Under the pieces are notes generated by a model. It had not been told where the DNA came from and made no database searches. It was given only the letters and a program-made list of their open reading frames with translations. Below are positions 11,352-24,259 of a stretch of DNA of 64,000 nucleotides, piece after piece. Made by a program: the position numbers and the translations under genes. Every line of letters starts with the position of its first letter. Position 1 is the stretch's first letter. This DNA is from Vicugna vicugna. Taxonomy: Eukaryota. The stretch covers positions 2,266,244-2,330,243 of the forward strand of contig MU058252.1 in the NCBI GenBank assembly GCA_013265495.1, given 5' to 3'.

Positions 11352-13039
11352 TCAGGTACCTTTTCCTCTTTTTGATTTTAATCTGTGTCCTTTTGCTGTA
11401 ATAAATTATAGCTGAATAGGCCAGTTATTCTGAGTCCTGTGAATCCTAGTGAATCATTGAGCTTTGGGCTGGTCTGGGAGCCCCTGACCCAGAGGCAGGC
11501 ATCAGACTACTGAGACTTGGAGGAGTTGAGGAATCTGTCTGTAAACACCAAGTCTGAGCCTGGACTATGGCTAGACTGAGGGCTTTCAGACTCCAGCAGA
11601 GGGCCACAGTAAATGACTCCTTTTGTGGTGAGGTGGTGGGAAGGCCATTTGTGACAACAGTGGTTCCTGGACACTCCTTGTTCAAGTGTTGCTGGGTGGG
11701 TTTCCTTACTGAGAGCAATAGGGAATACAGACCAGGAACACTTTACCCCTGTCTCCATGGAGGGCGTGACCTGGTACAGACACCGGGGCTCATCTCCAGC
11801 TTATTGCCAAAGGTAGCTCCAGCTTTTCTGAGATCTGCCCTCTGGATCTATTCTGCCGTTTAAGTAATGACCTCAATTATGTTTAATTACAGTATATTGC
11901 AGGCCAATGAGCTATCTCTGCCGAGTCCACATGAATTAAAATCAGTATAAAATTCGAACCCAAGGCTCCAAGAGGAAGTTAGCAACAGCAGCTCCGTTCT
12001 CCAATTCTCAGTCGGGCTTACTCTTGTGTTGCCCTTTTGTGTCAGAGAAAATAACACGAAGAGATTAGTAGTAAAATCTTTGAGATCTAATTATGATCAG
12101 GGAGTTCCAAAGGAAATTAAACATAGCATGATTACTTTTTTAAAATATAAATGTAATAGAGCATCTGAGCAAATAATCCTTCCCATACGGCTAGCTCATT
12201 TCCCATCAGGAGGTAGAAAAGAATTTTTGAGAACTCTTATTAATGAATAATAGTGTCTGAATTTTTATGACACTTTTTCTAAACATTTTCTTGCATCGTT
12301 AACTTGCTTGATGCTCCCAGGTTTCACTAGTCATGGCAGTCATTTTCAAACAGAGCATAATTTAAACCACTGTGCACCCTGATCTTCTGCATCCTGAGAG
12401 CCCTGGGTTTTTGGTGAAGGGTTCTGGCTGAGATGGCTCTGAGGGGAGGAAGACAGGAGAGACATCAGATGGTCAAGGCTGTGTTCCCCTCCCTCCTGCA
12501 ATGACCAGAGTAGCCAGGAGATCCCATAGCATGAATGCAGGAGATCATGGCTGGGGGAGAGGGAGGGCCCAGATGGACATTGCTGGGCCTCAGTTCTCCA
12601 AGGGACACTCTTGCTCCCAGAAAACCTCTCCTGCTCGCAGACGGCTTTGGCGTTTCTCCTTCTCACTGGACTTTTCACTGTTTTCCATGCCAATGGGATG
12701 TTCTTGTCTTCTGCACGCCATGCTAAATTCCTTGGCCTTTGATTGATTTGTTTTGGCTCTTACCACAGCACAATCAGAGAAGACAGCGCCTCCCTCTGGG
12801 TGTCCTCATGCTCTGGTCTTTCTTGGCTATAACTCTTGTTAACTCCGCTCGCCCACTTCCCTCCTCTAAACCGACATTCCACGCAGCTTACTTTCCGACT
12901 GGAATGAGTGCATCTCCATCCTGCATTCTTATGGGCTGAAATCTCAGTATTTGGTCTCCATAGGTCACTTTTTATCCATTCTCCACCCCTCATTAAATTT
13001 CTTCCCCAGCTCACCCTTCCTGTTGGAAAGCTCTATGCC

Positions 13040-13305
13040 TTTTTTTACATTGAAGTATGGTTGATTTACAGTATTTCAGGCATACAGCACAGTGATTCAG
13101 TGATACATATATATGCTCTTTTCCGTTATAGGTTCTGGCAAGATATTGAATATAGTTCCCTGTGCTATACAGCAGGACCTTGTTGTTTATCTCTTTTATA
13201 CACAGCAGTGTGTATCTGCTCATCCCAAACTCCTAATACATCCCTCCCCTCCATTTCCCCTTTGGTAACCATAAGCTTCTTTCCCATGTCTGGGAGTCTG
13301 TTTCT
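13040..13305 (-). mobile_element. 5'-truncated L1 3' end
   Basis: Same 3' UTR motifs as 10836-11351. Degenerate flanking repeats starting gaaagct at 13026 and 13306. Confidence 0.85.
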
Positions 13306-15920
13306 GAAAGCTGTTTACTTTTAAATGATCGCGTCATCACTTGTTCAGGGTACAAAGGATTTTCTACATGCGATCTTTCACCCTCCCAACCAGATACCTT
13401 TCAATCTGAGGACAAAACGCTTGTGTATTTCACTTGTTCAACACAAATCCCTTCCGTGTTGACCCTACCTTCCTGTCCTAAGTGTCCTGACCTGCTGCTC
13501 AGCACGCTTCCTCTTTCCTGTCCGACTCTGCCTCCAGTTCGGAGATCACATCAGGTCTCTGGTCTCCCCAGAGTCCGTGGGTGATAGTATTTCGTAGCTC
13601 CCTGCCTTCTGTGCCGCTTACACCCGTGCTTCTGGTTCAGCCGGGCTCCGCTTTCTGGCGGCGTTGTTTAACCCTCTGAGGACTCCCACTTTCCCATTTT
13701 GTCTTCCTGTCCTCTCCTTTCCTGCTCAGAGGCCCTCGCTTCTCTCTGCTGCCCTCCCTCCTCCGCCTCGGGTTGCATCCGTCTACTGGTCTCTTACTTT
13801 CTCTCCCCTCTGGTTCTCCCGGGCCTGGGAGGTGGCTTCCCTCTGCTTTCTTTAAATCACAATTCTCAGTTCCACTCCATCCCCCTCCTCCGGAAGCTCC
13901 CGCTCTCAGCTTCCTGCTCCCTCTAGCTCTAGGACATCGGGCTGCATTTTTTGGACAGATGATGCTGCCCAAGCCTTCTTCCCACACCCTTGGACCCCAG
14001 AGCAGGGGGAGCCGCTGTCTCAGGTGTCCCGCTGTCATGACGATGCATGGCCTTCGATTCTGCCAAGTGGGGCAGACCGTGTGTGTTGTCATCGTGCCTC
14101 CTCGCCCACACCCAGGGCTCCCTGTGCTGTGCCATGTGCCCTTGCATCCACTCCTCCCCAGGTCAGCCAGGAGACTTGTTTGTTTGTAATACATTGAATG
14201 AGAAGCTCCCAATACATCACATTCACCTCCTTCCTTGCAGTAGAATTCAGCTGCGTCACAGTTCACCCCTAAACCTTGACATGTTTGCCTCCTTCACTGA
14301 AACTCTCAGTTTACTACTTTTGGTGTCTCGGCAAGGTCCCACTCCATTCCACTGGCCATTTGACTCCAGAGTGTATGGGACTGGCTCCTCCTGGCCCTCC
14401 TGGGGCTCCCAGCCCTCTTGCAAGTGATGCTCTTTCTCCAGAGTAACTCCAGTGTTTCTGCTCTGTGAGGTGCACATCCAGCCCCTCATTTCCTGGGCTG
14501 GGAATATGCAGCTGTACCCACCACACACACACACATATGGACGCTCGTCCATTACACCTTTCCCCTGCACCCCCCTCCTGCAGTTCACCATCCGGGGTGC
14601 CGCCACGTGTGCTCATCTGCAGGGGACCCTCAGGACAGACCTCCCCTCCTCTCACCCCTGCATCTTCCTCTGACTCTCTCTTGAGGAAGGAGATGGGGAA
14701 GCAGGTACAGGTTCCCGAGTCTCTGCCCCTCCTGAGCGCATCTTCCACTCCGTCCCCCCAACCCCACACACATACGTGCAGACAATCAGCACATGCACAC
14801 ACATGTGGGCACACACACTTACCACACATGCACACACACTGCCTCCATCCCCCAGTCCCACCCGGCCTGAAGCCCAGTGTGTGTCTGGGGGAGGGTCTGG
14901 CTCAGGGCGTGCACGGCAGTGCCCATGCTAACCTCAGAGCTTATCTCTAAAATACCCCAAGTATCGTTTTCCACCACATTTTCTAAGTAAAATTTAACTG
15001 AGAAGCATGACCATTTTTATTTGACTTCATGTCCGTCTCTTCCTTGGGGACAATGCACTGGTGAATTAGAAACTGTCTCCATCAAAAAAATAGCAATTTG
15101 GGCCCCCGGCTATTTCTCTGCTCCACAACCAGTTCCTCTGAAATGTTACTGACACCTTCCCAACCAAATCAACCAAAATGTCAGAAATCTCTCATTTTGT
15201 GTCCTTCATCACACAGAGCCCTGACGGACAGCGGGACCGGGCCTTTGTGGGGGGAGGGGCTGCGGGAGCGCCAGCGAGTCGGGGGCTGACCAGAGCCTGG
15301 TCCTGGCGGCCCAGTCACAATGCTGATGCCGAGGGGTCCCCCTGGAGGCAGTGCAGGCTGACACACTTGGGGACACGCCCCAGGAAGGCCTGGGCGGAGC
15401 CAAGATTTCGAAAGCTGTTTCCATCGTGCAGAGGTTCTGTCACCTGCCGCCTCTGGACTCAAGCGGGTTGGGGGTCTCGGTCCCTGCACTGCCCTGCACA
15501 CCGTGTGCAGGTCTTTGCGGTGTTCAGGCTCCTTCTCAGGGTCCCTCTGGGTCTGGCTCTCCCTCCCCAGGACGCAGCCTCGCCTGAATGCCTGGGAGAC
15601 TGTCTGCATCAGCGTTCCCCCGCTGCTCCTCTCCCGGGAAGCTGACCTCCAGGGCCCCCCGTGACCGTCCACCCACCGCCTCCTCTGTTCACGTTTCTTC
15701 TCTGATGGCAGTTGTCACTGTTTCCAGCTTGCCCCCTTGGAGATGTTTCAGAGGGTCTCAGTGTCCCCAAGCTGTTTATACACAAGCAGCTGAACTCAAG
15801 CCCCCTCCCCGCTGGCCTCCCCAGGAGGCTCCGACTGTCCACTAGGAGCCCCCCCGGACTCAGCCCGCCGCCACCTCCCAGCCTTGGCGGCAATCTTGCT
15901 GAGAGCAAATCTTTTATTTT

Positions 15921-16145
15921 TCTAGGGCAACCACTAAAAAAATGTTTTTTTAATAAATACAACTGATATCCTAAGGGAGGAGAGAAAATGGAATCATGTA
16001 AAATGTTCAGTTAAAACCAAAAAGGGCAGAAAAAGTGGAACACAAAGAGTCAAAGAACAAAGGGAATGAATAGGGAAGAGTTACAAATATGGTAGAAATT
16101 AATCCAACTGTAAAAGTAACCTCTATAAATGTGAACAGTCTTGAT
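15921..16145 (+). mobile_element. Old L1M fragment: inter-ORF region and ORF2 start
   Basis: 'ctagggcaaccactaaaaaaat...aaaatggaatcat'. ORF at 16089 begins MVEINPTVKVTSINVNSL, resembling the L1 endonuclease N-terminus (..ITLNVNGL). Confidence 0.7.
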
Positions 16146-16441
16146 ACAAGCCTTTTGTTAAGTGTAAAATCATGTCAAGGCTCATCATTTTATATATATA
16201 CATATATAAATCTTCCACATATATATGGGAGATTCTCTGTTCACCCCCAAGGCACCACCAGCTCAAGGACAATGTGTGCACTAGGTTTTACCAACTGAAA
16301 TTTTAAAGAAAAATTTTTGGCAGAAAAATCGTAACTTGAGTCCCGGGCTTCTATGTTGCAGAGTTTCTGGGTCTCCCTCATCCCGGAAAAGCCTTCTCTC
16401 AAACCTTAGACCCAGACCTCTCCTCATCTCAGACTCTAAAA

Positions 16442-17359
16442 CACGATTTCTTAGCCTTGGGTTTCAGGGGTGCATGAACTTGGATGAAAGAAGAAACGGT
16501 CATAATTACTTTTACCAACGTCTGCCTGAAACAAAGCTTCCCTTTAATCTGTCTGTTTTCAAAAAACCACAGTAGTTTTGACAGCATCTGTGATCAGTAG
16601 AAACCACAGCATTTTCATATCATGACAGTTGAAGGTATCTCAAAATATATAGTCTACTTCCGCCATTAATTGAAAATCGGAGTTACTTCAGCCCTGCCCC
16701 CACGTCCTAGGCTCTGGGACCGCAGGCAGGTTCTCCGGGGGTAGCTCTGGGCAGGCGCGGAGACAGCTGGGGCAGCCGTCTTGCCGCTGCGGAACCTCCA
16801 GCCACCTGCTCTCACGACTGGCATTTAATTCAGGAGCCTTTGGAGAACCTAGTGTTTCTGGAGACCAGAATATCTTTTCCTTATAAAGCAAGTTATGAAA
16901 AGTTTCATTCTATTTATGATCGTATCTCTTGGCAAAAAAAAAATATATAAGTTCCATTCCTGTGATGATCAAAACGAGTAAGAACAGCGTCTCCAACTTG
17001 ATGGGGATGTTTCCTTGTCAAAGACGTCCCACGGTTAAGTGCTATTAATGTATCTCAGCCAAAACAGCTGTTACGCTAATTTAGTGGATCGTTAAAAACA
17101 AAAATTTACTTTAACTTGCCTGTTTTAGCTGTATTATACTGTGAATCGTCAATAAATCAGTGTAAATATATTTTATTTTTTTATATTTTTAAAACAGTAT
17201 CTCAAAATAATGGGTTTTCTTTGTCATTTTATATATTCTGTTTTATGTATTTAAATACAAGATTCTGAGAAAAGAAACACAGGCTCCATGAGATTGCCCC
17301 AGGGGCTCAGTTTTTGGTCTCATTTATGTTTCAAGAGACAAAAAGATCTAGAATCTCTG
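16442..17359 (+). mobile_element. Internally deleted hAT-Charlie DNA transposon with a frameshifted transposase C-terminal remnant (16856-17079)
   Basis: Hand translation in shifting frames gives FWRPEYLFLIKQVMKSFILF / IPVMIKTSK / QRLQLDGDVSLSKT / PRLSAIN, resembling the hAT dimerisation domain. Charlie-like ends 'gatttcttagccttggg' and 'aaaaagatctagaatctctg'. Confidence 0.6.
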
Positions 17360-18785
17360 TGCAGAAGAGGCAATTTCCTTATTTTCTCTCTTAACTAAAT
17401 GTTAGGGCTTCAATCCCTTTTGTCTTCAAAATTTACGCCCACCCTCTTCCCTGAAGGTTACTTTGTTACGTAGGACAATTCACTCTTCTTTGCCTCGTGG
17501 GCTCCTGTGTCTCTGAGGCTGTCCCAGGTGAACCAGTAACACTGCTCATCACTGCTCACTTGGCAAGGGGCCTGTGTGGGAAGTGACTTGCCTTTACTAC
17601 CTCATGAAGTCGTGAAATCATTTGCCCAAGACCCTGCAAGTGAGGGAGACAGAATCTGGATCTTGGGCTTCTGCCCTAGGACTCGGGGGAGTTTGAGTCT
17701 GACCACTGTATTATGTGCAGCGGACTCGTTAAAATACCTTTCAGAGTAGACACACCTAGCATACTTGTCTTCCTTCTGCTTTGTCCCTGGGGTATACACA
17801 CACCTGCAGTTAAGAAAGAAGAAAGTGTTTGTTCTCTCTTTGTCTCTGTCTCTCTTTTCTCTTTCTTGTTTTTGTTATTTTTATTTTTATTTCTTTGGTC
17901 CCTTTGGTCCCTGTGCGATGAGATTTGACTCTGCAGAGGTCTCTCATTCAGAGGCCACTTCCTGGGCTCCAAACGAAGAAGGTCCAACTGAGTCCTCCCC
18001 AAAGCGTCTCCCAGCATCAACATTCCTATTTAAGTTCAGAGTGAGAGAGAACCCCGGAGAGTGGGGGCCTCACAGGCTGGCTGAGGACGCTCATTCTTTA
18101 TATCGACCACAGGGCCAGGGTGTCCTGCAAGGCCCCCAGCCCCTCCCAGGAGGAGGTGACCTTGTGTCTGCGGTCCCTTCATTTCCATGTGGCTTTGGTG
18201 CAGTTGCATGTGTCACCTCGAGTGACTCCAGAAGCTGAACCAGCAGTTACCTGTATTTCTTGGTTGATTAATTTTCTAGGGGGAAAAAAAGAGCCCATTG
18301 AATATCATGCTTCATTTCGGAAAACAACAGGGTAGCGTGTATCCTGCACTGTGTTCCAAACGCCTTTTCTTACATGGCGTCCATTCCCGCACAAACAAGA
18401 GCAAGCAATATTTATCACAAATGGCTGCTTTTTCAATTTCCTCTAGTATGACATTGTTTCTAGACCCCTTTGCCATGTAGCTTATTAATCAGAGCTCATT
18501 GATAGGCATCAGACATCGCATGTTTATAGACACACAGTGGACTGTTTCTGCCCCGGCGATGTTGGTAGAAAGGTCACTGAGATGATTACTGCGAAGGATG
18601 TGAACGCTGCAATCCTCGTGGTAGTGTTTACAGTTGTACCGAATTATGACTTAGGAAGTGTGGGGCCAACTAAGTCCACCACTTTTTTCCATAGAGTTGT
18701 TGGCAAGCTACATTTGCTCCTTCCCAGAAACAATGCAAACTATTTTGTGTAAAAACAGAGATGCACCTGGTCAGATCCTTTCAAA

Positions 18786-18956
18786 GTAAAAATAGATAAA
18801 ACAGATGAACAACAAGGACCTACTGTATAACAGAGGGAACTATATTCAATGTCTGGTAATAAGCTGTAAAGAAAAAGAATGTATATGTATATCCGAATCA
18901 CTTTGCTGTGCACCTGAAATATAGTAAATCAACTATACTTCAATTAAGAAAAGAAA
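18786..18956 (+). mobile_element. Short L1 3' end (sense to DPP6)
   Basis: 'aacaacaaggacctactgtataacagagggaactatattcaa...aaatcaactatacttcaatt' plus an A-rich tail. Confidence 0.85.
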
Positions 18957-20542
18957 GGAGTTTCTGTTGCTGGATAGTGTGGTCTGTAAAGCTTACAGCA
19001 GGAAAGAACCTCAGGCAGGCCCTTGTTCCAACACTTTGAATTAATAGTCGAGGCAGCTGAGATTCAGGGAGACGGGAGACTTGTCTGAGGTCATGCTGAG
19101 GAGTGACATGCGTCACTCAGCTGTCCAGCGCTTCCCTTCCCGTTTTGTTAGGGCGGACTATCCATCCATTCTCCCACCGACCGTCAGGACACAGGGAGCT
19201 CTCTTCAGACGGTCGATGGCGTGAAAGCAGCCCAGGACGGATAAGTCGTCCTTGCAGGTGTCTGGGCGTCGCTCGCATCTCGCTTCACGCCTCTGAGCAC
19301 GCGGGATTCATCTCAGTTCCACTCTCGTTTTTATTCTCCTTTTCCTTCTGTCATTGACTTACCTGAAGGCTGCTTTTGTCTCATAAAGACTCAACCAGTG
19401 GAAAACTGAGGTTACTCCATCAGTTTCTTTGATCAGTCCTAGTCACTGGCTGAATTCAGAGCCCCACGCCCATCCAATCCAAACTGAGAGAACCGACCTT
19501 TTCTGAAGCTAAGAGAGCCCAAAGCTTCATCTTGACCTGCTCCTATGTCTTGGTTTCTCGCTGGGGCATCCTTCCCACCCAATCCTGCATCCCCGGGACC
19601 AGCAAACGCTTTGTGCTATAAGATTCTCAGCCTTAAGGGTCCTTCCTGGGGTTTACATTTGGGGGCACAGTCTGTACCCTTTCTTTGTGGAAAACCGCTC
19701 AGTAGTTGGTTGTCAGGCTTCAATGGACAAAATACTTTCTACACCATCTCTGAATGACAGAATGAAAAGGCCCCAGGAGAGAAGATTTATGGTCAAGTAA
19801 TGGACTTACTTTAAGATTTGAAAATAAGCAAGTAAAGTGAATAAGTTACACTCTAGGACTCATCGCCTTTCACACATAAGTGATGATACAATAATACAAT
19901 AATCACGTGTTAAATTATGTGACTCATTTCATTTATTACAGGTAACGAACCAGAAACGCAAGTCTGAATGATGTCTCCCTTACACTACTAATTTATTTCC
20001 TTTCTGCCCCTCATCAGAGTACCAAAAAAAAAGCCACCCATTTTATTTTCCTTGCAGGAATGACTTGGGATGGTGGCAGTAGTACTCGGGCATTGAGACA
20101 TCCAGCTTCTGATGTACAGATTCCGTCTGTACGTTCTGATATTGCAGCATTATGCTTCTATCCAGAGAGCCGTTTGTCAACTTAAACACACCTAGGAAGA
20201 CTATATGGAAGATGTAAAAGCATCAAGAAGCTTAAAATTATAGCAGAGGCACAGACTGAGTGTTTTTTCATCTTGTCTCCTCCACAGATATCCGCAAAGA
20301 TTATTCCCACAGATCATTTTGGCACCATTTGCCCTTTTTTATGTGTTTGGCACAATGTGTTTATTAACTATATTGATGAAAATGGGAGAGCAACTGTCCT
20401 TGCTGTTGGAGACCTTGACAAAAATAAAGTCTTTAAAAAGTGAACAGACTGTCTTATAAATGTGAACCCACTGGCTGAACCACCCAGTGAAAAGCTAGAA
20501 TGGTGTAGAGCCAGGAAGACTTCATCATGAAAAGCCTACAGA

Positions 20543-20548
<6 letters not shown>

Positions 20549-20582
<34 letters not shown>
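20549..20582. repeat. (TG)17 microsatellite
   Basis: Read directly. Confidence 0.95.
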
Positions 20583-20584
<2 letters not shown>

Positions 20585-21819
20585 AAAATCAATGTTGTAT
20601 AACAAATTTATTTAATCTGTTTAACAATCCTTCGAAAGAGCGTTAATCTCCACTTTCTCCAGGGAGACACCTGCAGGAACTGAGTTTCATTATTCAAAAC
20701 TATAATATGGTCTTGCTGCATCTTGCTTAGTCTCCCGGTTCAAGGCTGCTGCAGACCTTGATGCAGACATTTGGAAGTCCCTGGGCTCACTGGGAAATCA
20801 TGTTAATTGCAGTGTCAGGGCATCCTGGGTACAAGCACTTTGAGCTCGGTAGGAAGACGGATTTCACAGACACCAGAGAAGAGAAGGGTAGCTGACTGTG
20901 ATCAACTTTGACCCTGGCAGGTACCTCGGAGGAAGGATTTCAGTCTGTTTATATTCTGTGAATTCATTTTCCCTGCTAGTGTTCTGAGTGTTCACTGAGA
21001 CAGAATCATTGTTTGAAACCAACAGTACAAGTCTCCCAGGGCCACACAGCAGGCTTGTGGCTCTGGCCTGGCGCCATACGTATTTTTCCAAGGTTCACAG
21101 GTAGCCCTTGTAGCAAATGTTTATAGAGGTTTTTTTTTTTTTTAAAGAATCACTGTTGCTATAATTAACAACACTGACTCAGTAGATGAATAAATATGTG
21201 AAGAACTAATTTAAGTATTTGACACAACTAGTATATGTAAGAAATCAATTTCATAACATGGAACTATTACATTGGCTTCTTCTCAATGGCATTAATTTCA
21301 TTTTGGATAGATAAGTCACACTGGGGGTTTAATATCTATTCTACGTGGCATTGTGCAATAGTAGGTTCTCTGGGGTGCACTTTTATTAGCTTCTTGGAGA
21401 TAAACGGCCATGTCACTAAAACAAAATAAAAATCTCAACTGAAAGCCCTTTCCGTTTTCACCCAGTTAAGCCTCCTCTGGATGGAAGACCTGCTCTTTCC
21501 TGAGGGCCACTGGGAGGTGAACTGGGGCTCAGAGGCCACCCAGCCCCTGGAGCACCGAGTGCATTTCCTCTGTGAATTGTGACAAAACCCGTCTTGATAA
21601 CGCCTGTACCCAGAAGTTTTGCTTGCATACCATAAAACTGTTTGTCTTTCTATACTTGGCTTGGGAGTCTAGGATGTTAGAGGGCAATAAATCCTGCCCC
21701 CCCCCATGCATATTGGTAAACTCGGGGAAAGAGTTTCTAAACTTGCATCAGTGGGTCTCTGAGATGATACGCAACCAAGACGCACCTACCGTGATTTTCT
21801 TGTTGTTGTTGTTTCAGCC

Positions 21820-21955
21820 TCATTTATTCACTTGACAAATATTTCTTGCTCACGTCTAAGGTCCCAGGCACTGTGACAGACATGGGTATGAACAGTGGAA
21901 GAGATGGAAGCAGTCCCGCCTCTCAGGGAGCTTGCACTATAGGGGAGGAGACCCA
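21820..21955 (-). mobile_element. L2 3'-end fragment
   Basis: 'catttattcacttgacaaatatttct...ccaggcactgtg...ctctcagggagcttgcac' is typical antisense L2 terminus. Confidence 0.55.
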
Positions 21956-24189
21956 AGGGAGGCGTACAGCGCTGGGAGGAGCCCCGTGTGCGTGTAGGAG
22001 GAATACACACACAGCGCAGCAGGGTCTTCAAATTCTTCTTTCAAATCATACACTAATTTCATCACTAACATGGTTGACCAATGGGTTATGGCCCTTAGTT
22101 TCTGAAAGACACTCTTGTGAACGACATGGCATCTTCACCATTAGAGCTCCTCCCGACAGACGCCAACATGGTAGCTTGGAGCAGTCCGCCTCTGCGAAGA
22201 CTGTGTGTAGATAAGTGGGGCTTAAATGAACTTTCCTCTAACTCAAGCACCTTCTCTGTATACCCCACAGTTCCTCGCATGAACCTTAGTCAGACGTGTG
22301 TTTTCTTCTTAAGGAACGTCTGATGGGGGAGCTAAGACAGGAACGGCCATATTAACGCCCAGTCATGAGCGTTGCATGAGTACACGTACGAACAGCACAG
22401 GACAGAGAATGGTGTGTTTTATGAGGCAGGTACTTAGGGACATTTTGAGGATTCAGCAAGACAATTACTGACTTCTAAAAAAGTCGTGGAAGACCTCTCA
22501 GATGGAGTGGCTTGTGAGCTGGGCTTTGAAGTAAGACTAGAATTGTGCCATCTGGAAATTCAGTTTCACGACTTCCTGAGATGTGCTCTAGTGCATGACT
22601 CATCAAAATGACACAAGTAAGTGGACAAAAGTCTAGCAGGATCTTCTTAGATAACGTGGCACTGGGACAGACCGGGGTTAAAATCCAGCTCTGTGATACC
22701 TACACCACAGGGCTTCTGACATTGCTAAATACGGCGATGTGTGTAACACATATCTGTGAAGCCCCCTTCAGTGGAATCTATTAGTGTTCATCAACAAAAC
22801 CCTTCATGGGCTGAAAGTTGGCAAATAAATTCAAAGCTCATTGGCAGGTGTCAGCGGACTTACTGACACCCTAGCTTCAGAGATCCCTTGTGAGTTTGTA
22901 TGAAAACATGCATGTTTTAAAATCTGACTGAAAATAGATTGTAAAGCTATGTTTTCCAAATTAACAAGTAACTTTTCACAGATCCTACAATTCACATTAT
23001 CCCAGAAGACTTGTGCAGACATGACCCTTGTAAGTTCTCCAAGGTCCTCAATCTATTTCTTTCCTTTTTTGGTGGGGGGAAAGAGTGTCAGCTATCATTG
23101 CATAGACTCTTCTCTATGGATCTCTTTTTATCTGGAAGAAGGAAGGGGGAGGAGAAGGGGGGAGGAGAGAAGGAGCAGGAAGAGGAGGGGAGAGAAGAAA
23201 GTGGTAGGTGGAATGAGCCAGTCTAGTTCAAACAGCGCCTGGTTATAATTCAGCCCATCACCCCCTCTCAGTAGCTCCCTGGCTGCCCTCCCACGCCATT
23301 AATACCAATTCTGTATCCCATACACTGAGGGCCCAGTGGATAAAAAAGACCAAAGATGATCCAGGATCCCTTGTGAACCATGAAATCCTTGGCACACAAT
23401 CCCATCTAGGTCACATGCCTGTCCTCCATGATAGATGGGAATTTAGCTCATTATTGTGCACCCCTCACCCCCACTCCAGAATATCTGAATCTTCAACAAA
23501 TGAGAAAACAGAGTTATGGGTCATTTTGACTTTAGTTTTCTGGGAGCGTCTTTCAAACATTGAAAGCACGAGCATAAGACAGCAGTCTTCCTTTTCATAG
23601 CAAACAAAAGTCTTCCAAAAGCCTGCCTCACTTCCCATGCGATCAGTCGAATGCAGAAATGGTGTGATCAGAATGAAGAGCTGCCCTTTGTCGCGGGGCT
23701 GAGCCAAGCTGGCACTTCCGCACTCCCACAGCACCCCCAAGTGGCCGCGCCGCGCTCCGAGCTGCTCTCCGCGTGCCCAAAACCAGCACGTTCACAGGAC
23801 TGTTGGTTTTGTCTCGTGTTGTCTTTTCTGTTGCTTGTTGTGTTGCCTTCGTTTGGCAGGTAATTGAATTCACCCAAGGGTTGTCCAAATAAAAAGCTGT
23901 ACGCAAATAGGATCTGCCACATTGTTGTGGGATGGTGGGGTGCCAACGCAAGGGCGCCGCTGGTGCAGAATGACGGGGACAGAGAAGCAGTAGGGAGAAG
24001 TGAGCATAAAGGAGCCCCAAGACCCTAAGGAATGCATGTCTCTGTTTTCCTCGTGTTCTTTCCTTCCCCTGAATCAAGACAAAGAACCAACAGCACACGA
24101 GGACCAGACAAGCAAAGCAAGCTGCAAGACAAAGGGAGTGCACTATGAGCCTGTTCTTCTTGCTTGCTTCTCTCAACTCCAAGTTCTGT

Positions 24190-24259
24190 AAAAATAATAA
24201 AATAAAAATAATAAAATAAAATAAAATAAAATAAGATAAGATAAGATAAAATAAAATAA
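24190..24259. repeat. Compound (AAAAT)n/(AAGAT)n pentanucleotide repeat
   Basis: Read directly. Confidence 0.9.

Larger units (their letters stand above)
9880..11491 (+). mobile_element. MER21-like ERV solo LTR, interrupted by two later insertions
   Basis: 'tagaaaggcctg', 'ggcccttggctg', 'tgcctacgtgacca', 'tgggggaattaag', 'tttgctgtaataaa' (AATAAA 11400-11405) and terminal 'cccctgaccca' follow the recalled MER21-family layout. Confidence 0.65.

Noticed and set aside
11593..11604. CTCF-like core CCAGCAGAGGGC (also CCACCAGGTGGC at 53041-53052)
   Set aside because: Flanking positions fit poorly and the second lies within an LTR; not supportable without a matrix score or ChIP.
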